DNA of 64,000 nucleotides from Camelus dromedarius (Eukaryota): positions 43,340,001 through 43,404,000 of the forward strand of contig NC_087437.1 of assembly GCF_036321535.1 (NCBI RefSeq), written 5' to 3'. The notes below the pieces were generated by a model. It was not told where the DNA came from and searched no databases. It saw nothing but the letters and a program-made list of their open reading frames with translations. Both the position numbers and the translations under genes were made by a program. The first letter of the stretch is position 1. Every line of letters begins with the position of its first letter. Of this stretch, positions 24,001 to 36,447 are shown piece by piece.

Positions 24001-26397
24001 AAGACTCAGCGCCTTATAACAATTATCATGTACCTAAGTTGTGATAGCTTCTAGGAATATAAAAGAGGTATGACCCCGCCCTGAAGAATTCCAGAGCATT
24101 GCTGCACGACCATCTATCAAGACAAACTACTGCTTTTTGTAAACAAATTTGTGATCAAGTTATAACTGTATTTTTCATTATTCCCAACACACAGCCAAAA
24201 CAGTGGCTGTTTCTTTGGGCTATTTCAAAACTGCTTCTTCTGTAACACTGCATTTCTTTCCCTTTTTTCCCATTCTTTTTATGAAATATTAAGAATGCCC
24301 ACTTTACCACGTCTCTCTTTGATTAATTAATAACTGCTTGAAAAGGCCTTTGAAAACCTCAAATATTAAGCAAATTGTAAACTATTTTCTCCTATAGCTT
24401 TTGGCATTTTTCACCCGTAGGAACAGTTCAAGGTCTCTCCCATCATATGGGCCTAGTCATCATTAAAACCTAAAAAAGAATTGGTGGCATGAAATATCTA
24501 CTTATTCCTGGCCAGGCTCAGCAGGCAGGAAAGGTTCAGAACCCGCGAAGCCTGTGGCTCTGCTTCATTATAAAGAAGTGCCCCTACCAGCATTTCTCGC
24601 TTCACTTTCTGAAAGGGTATTTAAGGGTAAAGGTCCCCCTCCCCCCGCAGCAAGTGCTTGTTATTCAGATTGAAATGTTATGTCAGGTGATACCCTCTGA
24701 CTTTGAGGCACAATTTAAAATATGTATCGCCCCTTTCAGTTGGTAGGAATCAGTGCATTCATGGTATTTCCAGAGTCCAGGATTCCACAGAGGATTTCTT
24801 TGGAGTCAAGGGCAAACACTCTCCTTCTCCATGTGCCTGTATTTCTGCCCTCAAGCTGAATCATTTTCTCTCTTCTTATCCTGTGTGAAGAGTTGAGAGT
24901 GACTGGAAGAGCAGAGTATCCTAGGGAAGACGTAACTCACAGTGGTTCAATTATCTTTCACCTTTCAACACACTCTAGAGCTAAAAGGAGAAAACAGCAC
25001 ATTCTGTAGAAATACTGATAACTATATGTCAGTTAAAGCTATGAAAATAAGGGATTGAGGGACTATTTGTAGCTACCAAGTTTTTTTTTTTTTTTTTAAG
25101 TACTTAAATGTTAATACCAAGACTAGTTCGATTGCAGTGAAAGCACCACCCTCATCACCTGGTCGTTTCGAGGGCTGCGCATCATAACACCCCGGGGAAG
25201 TTTTGCAGTTTCCAAAGCCAGCCCTCCATCCCCTCCCCAGACCCTTAGGGATGGAGCAAAAAATGCTTTTTGAAAGCAATTTTCATAATATTTGAAGAGC
25301 AACAAAATCATAGTCTCACTTGTGGTAAATTATCCTAAAGGAATTATTCAAAATGAAGGAAGAGCTCCTTAAGAAGAATTCAGAGTTATTTATTATACAT
25401 AAAAATTTAAATAGCTTAAATATTTAATGGACAAGAATAATTTCTGTCCCCATCACTCTACACCCACCAATATAACCCCACCTGCCTGTGTTGAGATTGA
25501 AGCCTGTCTAGGGCAGAGTGGGCTCTGGAACCAGGCGGAATGCAGCCTCCTGGTAGCAGATATCTGTGACTCTGGTGGGGCTGGCAAAGCCAGGGACAAC
25601 TAGGACTGATGTCATTACTGAAATTATATTTAAAACAAAGCAATAAAAAGATGCTGTTTGTAAACGACCAGAAGGAACCAGGGAAAAAATGAAAACATTT
25701 TGGCTTGTTGAAAGAATGGAACTGTATGATAATTATTTTTCTTTCATTTTGAATTCTGTTAACAGAATTTTAATGCCTGTACAAACATTTTTAATGGGAA
25801 CTATTGGCAGGCTAAAGGTATTTTTAGCTTTATTACTGTATCTGAAGGTTAAAATGTAGTAACATCATCTGGCCAGACTCAAGTAGTTTAAACCCAGTGC
25901 CTTAAGAGTCACCATTTGTCTCAACTATCACCAAGTATCTCTTCCTATCAGGGGGACAGGGAAGTGGGTCATTCTTCCATTACTGGCACACATTCAGATT
26001 AGGACATCGTCCCTCAAAATTAATGTTCTTCATTTTCAAGAAATGACTAGCATATGCATTTTATTACATTAGCGAGTCACTAAGTCAGGAAGTCCTTATG
26101 GAATGATTCAAGGCAAGAAAAGTTTGAGGGGAGTGGAGGAGGCTCGTTAAGATATAGAAAAAGGCCAGACACTGGCATTTGGCGCCTGGAAAAGAAAAGC
26201 AATGTGAGCTTGATTTTAACCCTGGGCTTGACTCATTATCAAGGGTAGCAAGCTGTTGGTCTTGCTTTCCCTTCTGGGTACTTCTGTTGATAAATGGTTC
26301 CCAGGGGCCTATGTTGTGGATCATAGGACTTTCCCAGACAAAACCATTGCATGCTTATGCCCTGGGCCTTTCCCTCAACAAAGTTTACTTCAAAAGA

Positions 26398-26502
<105 letters not shown>

Positions 26503-26796
26503 CTATGCTAGGTGTAGTCCCTGGCATCCTAGACCTTACAATCTCTTTTAAGACTCACTTAGTCAGTCTGCAATATTGGGCAGTGGATTCACCTGACAAT
26601 GCTAATTATTGTTGGTGGATTATATTGTTGTCTCATCTTCCAGGTCTCAATGGGTGAGAAATTTATTAACCTAGAGACCTCCTAGTTTTAAACCCTAAAG
26701 TCATTGCAGTCTTAATCCAGGTACTTTAAACCATTGGGATTGATGTTCAGTTTCTTTCCTCTTTTTCCTGATTGTTGGTAGAAGTTCCAGTAGACA

Positions 26797-26962
26797 CAGT
26801 GCTACTTTAAATGTTAAAATCCATATGGATCACCTGAGACTTGGCTAAAATGCAGATTCTGGTTCATTGGAGCTGGGGCGGTACCTCAGAGTTTGCAGTT
26901 CCGAAGCCCTCAGGTGATGCAAGTTGTGTTGCTTGTCCATGGACCACACTTTGAGAGGCATG
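26797..26962. mobile_element. MER5A-like hAT-Charlie MITE
   Basis: ATCACCTGAGACTTGGCTAAAATGCAGATTCTGGTTCA...CAGGTGATGC...GGACCACACTTTGAG. Confidence 0.8.
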
Positions 26963-28059
26963 GGCTTGGGAATGAAATAAACCAAGAAAGACAGAGTAGG
27001 AGAAAATGCAATTTTTCCTATAACAAACTGAATATCAGCCTTCATTCTCCCCTCCAGTAATTCATGTGATCATTCTAAATCTAAACTTTGAAACTTGCTG
27101 TATTTTATTCTGCTTTATAGTGATTCTTTTTTTTCCCCTTTCTTCTTTTTTTACCCCACACATAAAAAAATTGGAAAAATAATGGAGATAATTCCTTAAT
27201 ACAGCCCATATTTCTTTGGTATTCTTTTATTTAAATTCTAGATAGGTATACAGATTTACGTGCAACTTCAGCCTACATATTCAACTGGATTTGACATTTT
27301 AAAATTACTAAATTTTTATAAATAATACATAAAGCTCTCAGCTAATTGTGTACTATGTAAATACTTATGTGCTTGTTTGGGGAAAAGAGAAACAATTGTT
27401 TTGGTAGTGACACAACATAAAAAATTTGTGTTTGGAGTCAAATACTTGATTTTAAGTTTGGGCTGTTTTAATTTCATTGTAACTGATGATTTTCTTCTTA
27501 TCTTAAATTGTTCTTTATTATCAAAAAATGAGTAGGATAACATTGTCGGGGAGTGTTGAAGATTACAAGAGAAAATTTACGTGAAACACTTTGCAAACTG
27601 AAAGCATTTTACATAGTTACTAAATATTGATTATTCATCGTTTTCATGTACCTTGTCTGAAATTACAATATGTTTTATTGCATTGCACATGCCAATATCA
27701 ATGAATCTCAAAATTGTATAAGAGAAAGAGAAAATTAATAAAAAAAACTCCTTAAACTCACCGTACCCCTAGAAAGAAACAGTTACAGTGTCCACACAGA
27801 ATTTATTAAGGAAGTAATCCTCTAAACAATAAAAATGTGGTAATTCTTGAGAAATAATTATTTAAGCCATTACAAGTGCCAGTGCTTTTATAGCTAACAT
27901 TTTTTCTTCTAGCTTTGCTGAATCTAGTAGTTTATCTCAGTGACTAAGTGACACTAATATGTAAGTATCCAAGAGGTGAAATAAATTCATATTAACCTTG
28001 CGTGGAATGGCTTCTAAAACAATAATCAAACTTCATGAGAATGCAAAAATACTCCTTAA

Positions 28060-28360
28060 GTGTGACAGTCATTCAGAAACACTGACATAGGTATCTGATG
28101 AGTCAAAAATATTAATTTCCACATACTCTCCCTCACTATATGTAAATGTTAGCAAGCCTGCTGAAAAGGTTGAGTCAGAGATTAGCTCAAAACTGTCAAG
28201 GAGAATATCAAAATGGCCTTCTAGGGCATGTAGGCAAACCAAATACTTAGTGGAGACAGGCTAATTTATCATAGTGCAGTTGCGATGGCAACAACAGTTC
28301 TTGGTGACACGTGACCCAAAGCAGTTTCTGTTGACTGGCTCTAATTGACTGTCAGTTCAG
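28060..28360. promoter_or_regulatory. Candidate enhancer: RFX X-box, CLEAR/USF E-box, two AP-1 and TALE-type sites
   Basis: GTTGCGATGGCAAC (28279-28292), GACACGTGAC (28306-28315), TGAGTCA (28099 and 28171), TGACAGTCA (28063) and TGACTGTCA (28346) in non-repeat sequence. Confidence 0.5.
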
Positions 28361-28994
28361 CAAAGGTTCCACTGTTCCCAGTGAAAGGGAAGAGAGAGCA
28401 TTGATACTTGTTGAAAAGGCATAATAATAATAGTGTATCTCAAACCCTGAAAGCCTCCCTTTGTCTCCTTGATGTTTATTTTTATTCTGGCCAAAGGGAC
28501 CTCTCTGATTTTTGTTACACAAAGGCCCCTTATATATTCACAGATTAAATATGTGTTTCCCTGTTTACTAAGAATTCCATCTATGCCAGTAGAGTTGCAA
28601 ACAACAAGGATTTAAATCTGTTATGATAATAATACTGTTTTACTTACAAGGTGCTAAATTTCGAACAGCATTTTTTAGTATTTTTCATAGGATCACAAGA
28701 AATCTGGTTGCATGAAATATGAGCTAATAAGTAAATTTCCTTACATATAGTTTTCTCAAATATAAAAAATGGAGCCTGACAGTGCTCCCCTCTTATCTGA
28801 AAAAACATGGGATCTTTAGGGAAGGTCGACAATAGGTTTGCACATAATTTTTCTTGTCTCCTTTTCACTGTGAATTTTCATCGATGTGTAAGTAACAAGG
28901 ACCACAGAGACAGTCACACTCTGATTCCACAATTCCACTCTTGGGATTTTATCTTGAGGAAATTCCACTAATGAAAGAGTTCTCTGACATAGGG

Positions 28995-29200
28995 GAGAGA
29001 GAATGAGATTTGGAGTCAGATAGATATGAATTTTAAATCATGGTTCTGCTGCTTGCTCACTGAGTGCCCTTGGGGAGGCATCTTACTTCTGTGAGCCTCA
29101 AGTTTCCTCATTTGTAAAACAGACTGAAGAGTATCCATCCTGAACAGTGGTTGGGAGCCTTATAAATCACATGTGTTAAGTGTCTGGTCTGTGCCTCGTG
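28995..29200 (+). mobile_element. MIR inserted in an old L1ME-like fragment
   Basis: TTTGGAGTCAGATAGA...GAGCCTCAAGTTTCCTCATTTGTAAAA. The flanks AATTCCACTCTTGGGATTTTATC and AAAACTTGGAAGCAATCCACATGCCCA are L1 ORF2-end-like. Confidence 0.75.
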
Positions 29201-30088
29201 CATCTGTCAGAGCTCTCCGGATGCTGTCCTTCTCAGTGCAGCATCATCTGTAAAGCAAAAACTTGGAAGCAATCCACATGCCCAGAGTTAGAAATATGAG
29301 TTAGTAAATTCTATATTAGTAAATTAGCTATATCCACAGAATTAGATATGATGTCATTATTTAACATTTTAATTAAAAAATAAGACTTATGGAGGAATTT
29401 ACGACTTAGTACAAAAACCACAGTATTACAAATAGAAGAAGTAGAATTATGGGCTTTATAATACATTGTATATAAAATACACATTTACAAAGAAGGTAGT
29501 TTGCCAAATGAAAATAGTTTAGATAGTATGTTTGTAAGTGATTACTTCATTAATTAATATAGAACACCTCCTTTAAGGCACTTTACTATCTTTTCAATTA
29601 AAAATACATAATGAAAGGAAAAAATGTAGAGGTTGGAGTGGTGAGGTGAACACCCTCAGTAGCCTGCAGCTGGGTTTCACTTAATAGCACCCATTCACCC
29701 AAACTCCATGCCAGGCATTAAACTGGTTCTGCTAACACTTTTGAACATTTCCTCTATGTCCCAAGAGCAGTGCTGCTTCAAGTGAGAAATAGAAAAGAAT
29801 TTACAAAAATCCATGTGTGAAAGAATTGCAGTTTTTGCACCAGGGAGATGGAGTGAGTGGAAGTGAAAGCAGTTTGCAAGGTTGATTAAAAGGTGTGGTT
29901 TGCATTTGGAATGTATTTTCTTTCAAATTTCGGATTTAGACCTTAGATACCCTGGCATATGGGAGGAACAGCTGTAAATCCATGTTCTGATGTTTTTCAT
30001 AGGAATAAAAGTTCATTATAACCTCAAACTAATGATCACGGGGACTAAGAGACGTGATTTTTCTAGCAGAGTTTTTTTTACGTAGCAG

Positions 30089-30178
30089 TCAAGCGGTTCA
30101 TTGAGTGCCAGGTTCAGTGCCGACAGTCCAGGAAGGAGTGAGGAAGACAGATAAGAAGTCATTGACAGAGGCAGCTGG
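30089..30178 (+). other. Candidate 90/93-nt non-coding exon with NAGNAG acceptor
   Basis: TTTTTTTTACGTAG|CAG| acceptor (start 30086 or 30089), purine-rich body (GGAAGGAGTGAGGAAGACAGATAAGAAG) and donor TGG|GTAAGT. Confidence 0.45.
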
Positions 30179-30924
30179 GTAAGTCTCACAGTGAATGCTG
30201 ACATGCTCTCCTCTCTCAGCAACTGGCGAGTGTCCAGGTACTGTTATCTACTCTGGCAAGGACTGGCCACGTTTCACTTCATGCTAAAAGTATGTCAAGC
30301 AGAAGAACTCAGTAATAACCTGAGAAAAGTGCTTGATGCCTTTTTACAGTATTCTTATCAAGACTGCTCTGCTTCTGACAACAAGGTGATTCTTAATTAC
30401 CTGAAGAGTCTCTGTTAAATTTTGTTGTTGCTGTTTTAAAACAGAAGATTATATATTGAAAAATATTTAAAAGATAGACTGAAACTCTATCCTGCTGGTC
30501 TTAGTGAAAATCCCGTCTCATTCATTGTTAGGGTCCCCTTTGTAGATGAGAATCACACCACACTCCAGTGGACATAGATGATACACTCAAAACAAGGAAA
30601 TTAAACTTGAATCAAGTGTTGTGTCATTGGCATCCTCACTGACAAGCCTAAGTGGTCTCTTGAAATGTTGTGGCCCTGTGCTCCCTTATGATGCATAGAT
30701 CACAGTTTTGGACTGTGGTTCTGCCTCCGTAGTTCACCCATGTCTCCCTCATTCATCCATCTCTCTTTGAGATCTCATCTGTCTCTTGAATGTGGCTAAG
30801 TTCCCATTGCTCTGTTAACCATAGACTTCTCCTGTCACCCAAATCCCTGGGCAAATCACTTCTGAATCAGAGGAAACCTCTGCTCCACTTCAGCCTGTCC
30901 CATTCCCTTTGCCTCTTCTTCAAA

Positions 30925-31524
30925 AGCAATCCTACTCCTGGGGGCATAGATCTGGAGGGAACTCTAATTCAAAAGAACATTTACCCTAGTGTTTATAGCA
31001 GCACTATTTACAATAGCCAACACATGGAAACAATCTAAATGTCCATCAACAGAGGACTGGATAAAGAAGCTGAGGTATATTTATACAATGGAATACTATT
31101 CAGCCACAAAAAGATTAAAATAATGCCACTTGCAGCAACATGGATGGATCTGGAGGTCATCATTCTAAGTGAAGTAAGCCAGAAAGAGAAAGAAAAATAC
31201 CATATGATATCACTCATGTGGAATCTAAAAGAAAAGGAGAAAAGACACCAATGAACTTCAAACAAACTTACGGTTACCCGGGGGGAAAGGAAGTAGGAGG
31301 GGATAGATTGGGGGTTCATGATTTGTAAATATTAACTACTAGACATAAAATAGATAAAAACCAAATTTCTTCTCTATAGCACAGGGAACTACATTCAATA
31401 TCTTATAATAGCCAATAATGAAAAATAATATGAAATGATATTATATATATATGTATATGTATGACTGAAACATTATACTGTACACCAGAAATTGACATAT
31501 CTATACTTCAGTTAAAAAAAAAAA
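30925..31524 (+). mobile_element. 5'-truncated LINE-1 (ORF2 end, 3'UTR, polyA)
   Basis: ORF2 terminal peptide IMPLAATWMDLEVIILSEVSQKEKEKYHMISL, then 3'UTR (TATAGCACAGGGAACTACATTCAATATCTT) and an A-tail. Confidence 0.95.
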
Positions 31525-31734
31525 GATTTAGGCTTTTGTAAAACAGAAGACTGCAAAATGTATAGGTTCTGCCTGATTTGTGGCCAGCCTTATACATTCC
31601 CAGAGGCAATGAAGTGGAGAGGCTACTTGAATAGGGAAAAAAGGTAAAGGAGAAAATACAGAGACGGGGGGAAAAATACTCTTCGTTAAGATGCATACCT
31701 TCTCAGTCCGGGACAAGGCACACAATGAAGTTAT

Positions 31735-31775
31735 GTGTGTGTATGTTTGGGGGGGGTGTGTGTGTGTGTGTGTGG
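31735..31775. repeat. Interrupted (TG)n/G-run microsatellite
   Basis: TGTGTGTATGTTTGGGGGGGGTGTGTGTGTGTGTGTGTGG directly visible. Confidence 0.85.
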
Positions 31776-34700
31776 TGTTTGTTGCTGTGTGACAGTGAAA
31801 GCACAGAGGTGTAGAGACACTGAGACAGGGAAAGACTAAAGCAAACAGGAATCAATAAAGCCAAGATCACCAGGTTGAGTGGAGTAATGATTTGAGTTCC
31901 CTGATAGAGGCCCTTCACGCTAATGCTAGGTCATCTCCAGAGATCACTGATTCGTAGATCAATAACTGTTTCAAGTTTATTTGTTTTGACTTTGTTTAAA
32001 TTAAAAGAGTGCCATACCTTGTGTGTGGTGATGTTCATTAGGTGATGTGCCTGTATTTAAATGTGTCATGAGAATTTACTTTGAGTGACATATAATCTTT
32101 GATTATGAGTTTTGAAATAATCAAAAAATTATTAACAGCAGTCTTTGCGACTTTTTAAAAAATCATTTACACCTTAGGTTTGCCTTTGGCCCTTTAGGTT
32201 AGCTTGTTTGGACAGCGTATTAGCAGGGCTGAGGTCACAGGCATGAATTTCTTGGGACTTGGCTAACCTGACTTCATTCCATGATTATGGATTGGGTTTC
32301 TAACCCCAACCTGCCAGTTTTCAATGCATTCTTCTGGTCTCAAGGGGTGTTTTGTAAAAGCATGTGAACAAATCAATGGAAATCAATTTGCTATTGGAAA
32401 AAACTCAAATTTTATGACCTACATCGTATAAATAACCAGCATCTTTGCATATGGAAGACATAATTAATTCATTTCTTTTCAAGCATAGCTGTCTACATGG
32501 ATGCCAACATAAAACAAATTTACATTAAAAACAGTGCTTACCCTTGACAAATCAGGAGCCTGAAGTCTCTATCTGCAGGCAGGAAATTCATTGCTCTTGA
32601 ATAATATTCAATTAAGCTTTTCGACATTTTCCAAGAGCATTCAAAAAGGAAAATATATGTACATACTCTCCTGCTAATGATTCTCTTACAAAGAATGAGG
32701 TAACTTCTAGAATTATTTTCACCATTGGTAATGCAATCTATTTAAATTAATGAAGTAAGGAAGACCCATTTCATTTGTTAAGCCATGCAGCTACTGTAGT
32801 AAATGTGTCAGAAATAGTGATGGCGAACTGTGGTTTTATAAGCTCCAGTCATGTAACTTGTCATCTGCTGCTCCCCTATTCAGGACTTGACTAGCCATTT
32901 AATTTTTTTTCAAGAACCATAATGCTTGTGTGTTTGTCTTTTATTTCCAATGTCTGTACAGCTTTTTTCCCCATTAATGCCCACATTTGAAGCGTATCCT
33001 AATCTTTCTTACTCTTTTCTCATTTCTTTTTTCTTTTTTTGGATTCATTTATCATTTTAGGCTGAATCAAGATTGTGTGAGAAAGGCAACCAAGTTTAGA
33101 AAATGGACATCATGAGCATGATTTTAACTTCTCTGAACCTGTTTTCAAATCTGTAAAATTTAGGTAACAATTCACTCTGTCTTAGGCTTCTTGGAAGAAT
33201 GAGATCAGATAAGGACACTATTTAAACTAGCACAGAAAACCCAGACTCAGACACTCAGACGTATGCATAGCACATAGGAAAACTTAGTGTGATGATGATT
33301 ACTTTTTATGATCATCAGACACTGAGGGATCTGAGTCCAGCTGCCTTTTAGCTACCTCACTATGGCTAAGATTAATGAGCAAGCTAGAGAGAACTGTGAA
33401 GAGATCTGCTAACCAGATCCATTCATGTTGCAGCACATCACGAAACAGTAACTGCAGTTAAGATCCTATATAAAATGTATTTAAAAGGTTACAAATCCAA
33501 TACTTTGGGAGATACTAATATTGTATTGAAGATGTTATATCAGTTATATAATGGAACTCCAAACACAATTGGTCAGACACACCTGTGGCATGCTGAAAAT
33601 ATTTTGTTCATTCAACGACTCATTCATGTATTGATCACCATAGTTGGGAACAAGGAAATAATAAACTCCAGCTTAAGGAAATGTATAAGGGATGACATAA
33701 TTACAATACCATCCAATTATAATGCCAAATAATTAGTACCAAATAATTGGATACATGTATAAGTGCTTTGTAAATGTTATCATAACAATGACAATAAGGG
33801 ATTGCATAAAAACCATTAGGTATGGTGACCAGTTAATCACCAATGACCTTCAAGATTGCAATTAAGTGGAATGGCTCCTTTGATGCAATTTTTAATTATT
33901 GTAAAGCCTAAAGAGATACATATTTTAGTGAAGATTACACAAAATGTATGGGAGACAGAGACGAGGCTACTTTTTCATAAAAGTGCTTGAATTTGACCAG
34001 ACTGGGATAGAAAAAGAATCTTCTAGTTTATCCATCAAGGATATCCTAGTATTGTGAGGCTGAGAGTTCACTGCCTCCTGGAAAATACTGAGAACAAATC
34101 TAAATGCTTTAATTCTAATAATGTTTGAGGATAAGAGCAAATGAAATGTTCTGAGTGGTTTCTGGTGATTGGATCAAACTGTCAAAGGAAGCCAAGAGCA
34201 AGAAAGCAGACCTTGCTTTGTATCAGTTTGGGTGTTCTTTTTTTTCCTCCCAACTTCAGACTACAGTTGCAGAATAAGCTGACTTCCAGCATACCAGCTA
34301 ATTGAGTGAGAATGACTTAGAAAGGGAAGGAGGTACACACCGCGTAAAAACTAGTTCTAGCGAGAAAATCTGAGTAAGTGCACTCCAAAGGGAATTTGGG
34401 AATTTACGTATCAGAAACTAGGGCTAAATTTAGAGATGAAAGATCTGATTTGCAGAATCTGATATTGCTTCACTGTATAAGGAGGAAGGTCTTGGATCTT
34501 ATCACAAAGGAAGATAAAAGGAGATAACAATCTTTTGGATTATTTTATATTTCTCTGGATTGATACTTTATCATGACTGTTAGAGTCAGTCACACCTGGA
34601 ATTAAATTAAGTAATTTTAGACAAATTTTGTGAGGCTTAGACACTTCTTTTGTAGAAATGGGAACACTAATATGTATAAAATATACTGTGTTATGATGAC

Positions 34701-35129
34701 TGGCATAAGACCAGGTACAAAATCAATATTCATTAAACATTAGTTTAATTTTGCTTCAATTTCTTATATTGATACTGGTGCTTCACCTTTTAAAAAAAAT
34801 GGCAAGAATTAGAACATAGTTGAAGACAAAAGCAGCTTTTATGTGAAACAAAAAAGGTTGTTGATGTAAACCTAAAATGGCCAGTCCTGAGTTCTCTAGT
34901 GATGGTTAGAGCAATTACTCCCAATTAAGGAAGATGTTCAGACTAAAAGTAAGGCAGAAATCCTGGGATGCCTGATGGCAGCCACCTTGTTAGAGAAGAC
35001 TCATATCTATAACAAGTTGAAATACTGTCATCTGAAGACAGAAAGGAGGCACTTAAATTTTTCTCACAGAGCAACCTCTTATTCTTTCTTACCTCAATTT
35101 ATTTTTGGTGAATGACATGAAATTTTAAA

Positions 35130-35320
35130 GCAGCAGTCTGTGATTCACATCCTTTTACTTTATTTTTGTTTGTCCTTTTGCAAGTTAAACATAGATTTAG
35201 TTTCTCATCTATAACACTGAAGTATGAACACCTATCTCTAAGGCTTCTTCCAGAATTAAATGAGATAATGTTTGTAGAGTGCTTATCCCATTGAGTCATA
35301 GTAAATAGTCAAGTATAGTA
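35130..35320 (+). mobile_element. MIR SINE
   Basis: TTAGTTTCTCATCTATAA...AATTAAATGAGATAATGTTTGTAGAGTGCTTA. Confidence 0.7.
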
Positions 35321-35575
35321 ATTTTTCTTATTATTTGTTAATATAAATAATGCATCAATTATTACTTACTAATATATTTAAAGTGTGGTATTTGTAACCT
35401 TTTTAATATAGTTTCTGTGGGATCTGAAGTGTACTTACTTAATGTTTCATGATTTGTAACAACATGAAATGACCTAGTCACTAAGTGTCATCACAGTTCT
35501 CTGCAGTCTGCTCCACATCTCCAAAGGCTCTTAGATACCAGAATGTTAAAACGTTCGTTTATTATCTTTACTAAT

Positions 35576-36069
35576 TGTGTAAGTTTCCTATTCCTGCTGT
35601 AACAAATTACCACAAATTTAGAAGCTTTTAAAGCCATGTGATTTTATTATCTTACAGTTCTAGAAATCAGAAGTCACAAAAACCCACAGTGTTGGCAGGA
35701 TTGCATTTCTATTGGAGGCTCTGGTGAAGAATATATGTCCTTGCCTTTTCCATCTTCTGGGGTTGCCTGTGTTTCTTGGCTTGTAGCCCCTTCTTCCATC
35801 TTCAAAACCAGCAGCCCAGCATCTTCAGATTTCCTTTTCATCACATCTTCTCTAATTCTAAATCTCCTGCCTCCTTTCCCCTGCAATGACTCCTGTGACA
35901 TTGCTGAATCCACCGTAATAATTCAGAATAATCTCCTCATTTCAGGATTCTTAATTTAATCATATCTGAAGGATCTCCTGTGTTATGTACAGTTTTATAT
36001 TCAAGATTCTGGGGATTCTTAGACCCCCCTCATGGATATCTTTGGGAAGTAATGATTTTATCTACCACA
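35576..36069 (-). mobile_element. MLT1C/D-like MaLR solo LTR
   Basis: TGTGTAAGTTTCCTATTCCTGCTGTAACAAATTACCACAAA...CTTCTTCCATCTTCAAAACCAGCA...AATAATCTCCTCATTTCAGGATTCTTAATTTAATCA...CTACCACA. Confidence 0.88.
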
Positions 36070-36372
36070 GTGAATTTAAAGGAAAAGCTGTTTATCCCCT
36101 CAGGACCATAAAGGGCATATTAAGGGAAATATTCAAGTTTAATGTTGTTCATATTTTTTATAAGTATATATCAAAGAGAATATAGCAGGAAAAGCTTTTG
36201 TTGGGTTTTTATATTGGGTTTTTACCATGTGACAAAGTCTGTGCTTGGTAATATACATAATTTTATTAAATGATCTAAGCCACACCCATTTTATTAGGTA
36301 GGTTGCTTTACCCCATTTCATGGAAGAGGAAACAGGACTTCTTGTACAAAGTCATTCAGCTAGTGGTAAAAT

Positions 36373-36447
36373 CTGTACACCAGAAATTGACACAACATTG
36401 TAAACTGACTATACTTCAATTAAAAAAAAAAAGGAAAGAAAAAAAAG
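36373..36447 (+). mobile_element. Very short L1 3' tail (about 50 nt plus polyA) inside a minus-strand MIR (about 36235-36510)
   Basis: CTGTACACCAGAAATTGACACAACATTGTAAACTGACTATACTTCAATT plus A-tail; MIR core CCCCATTTCATGGAAGAGGAAACAG lies upstream. Confidence 0.85.
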
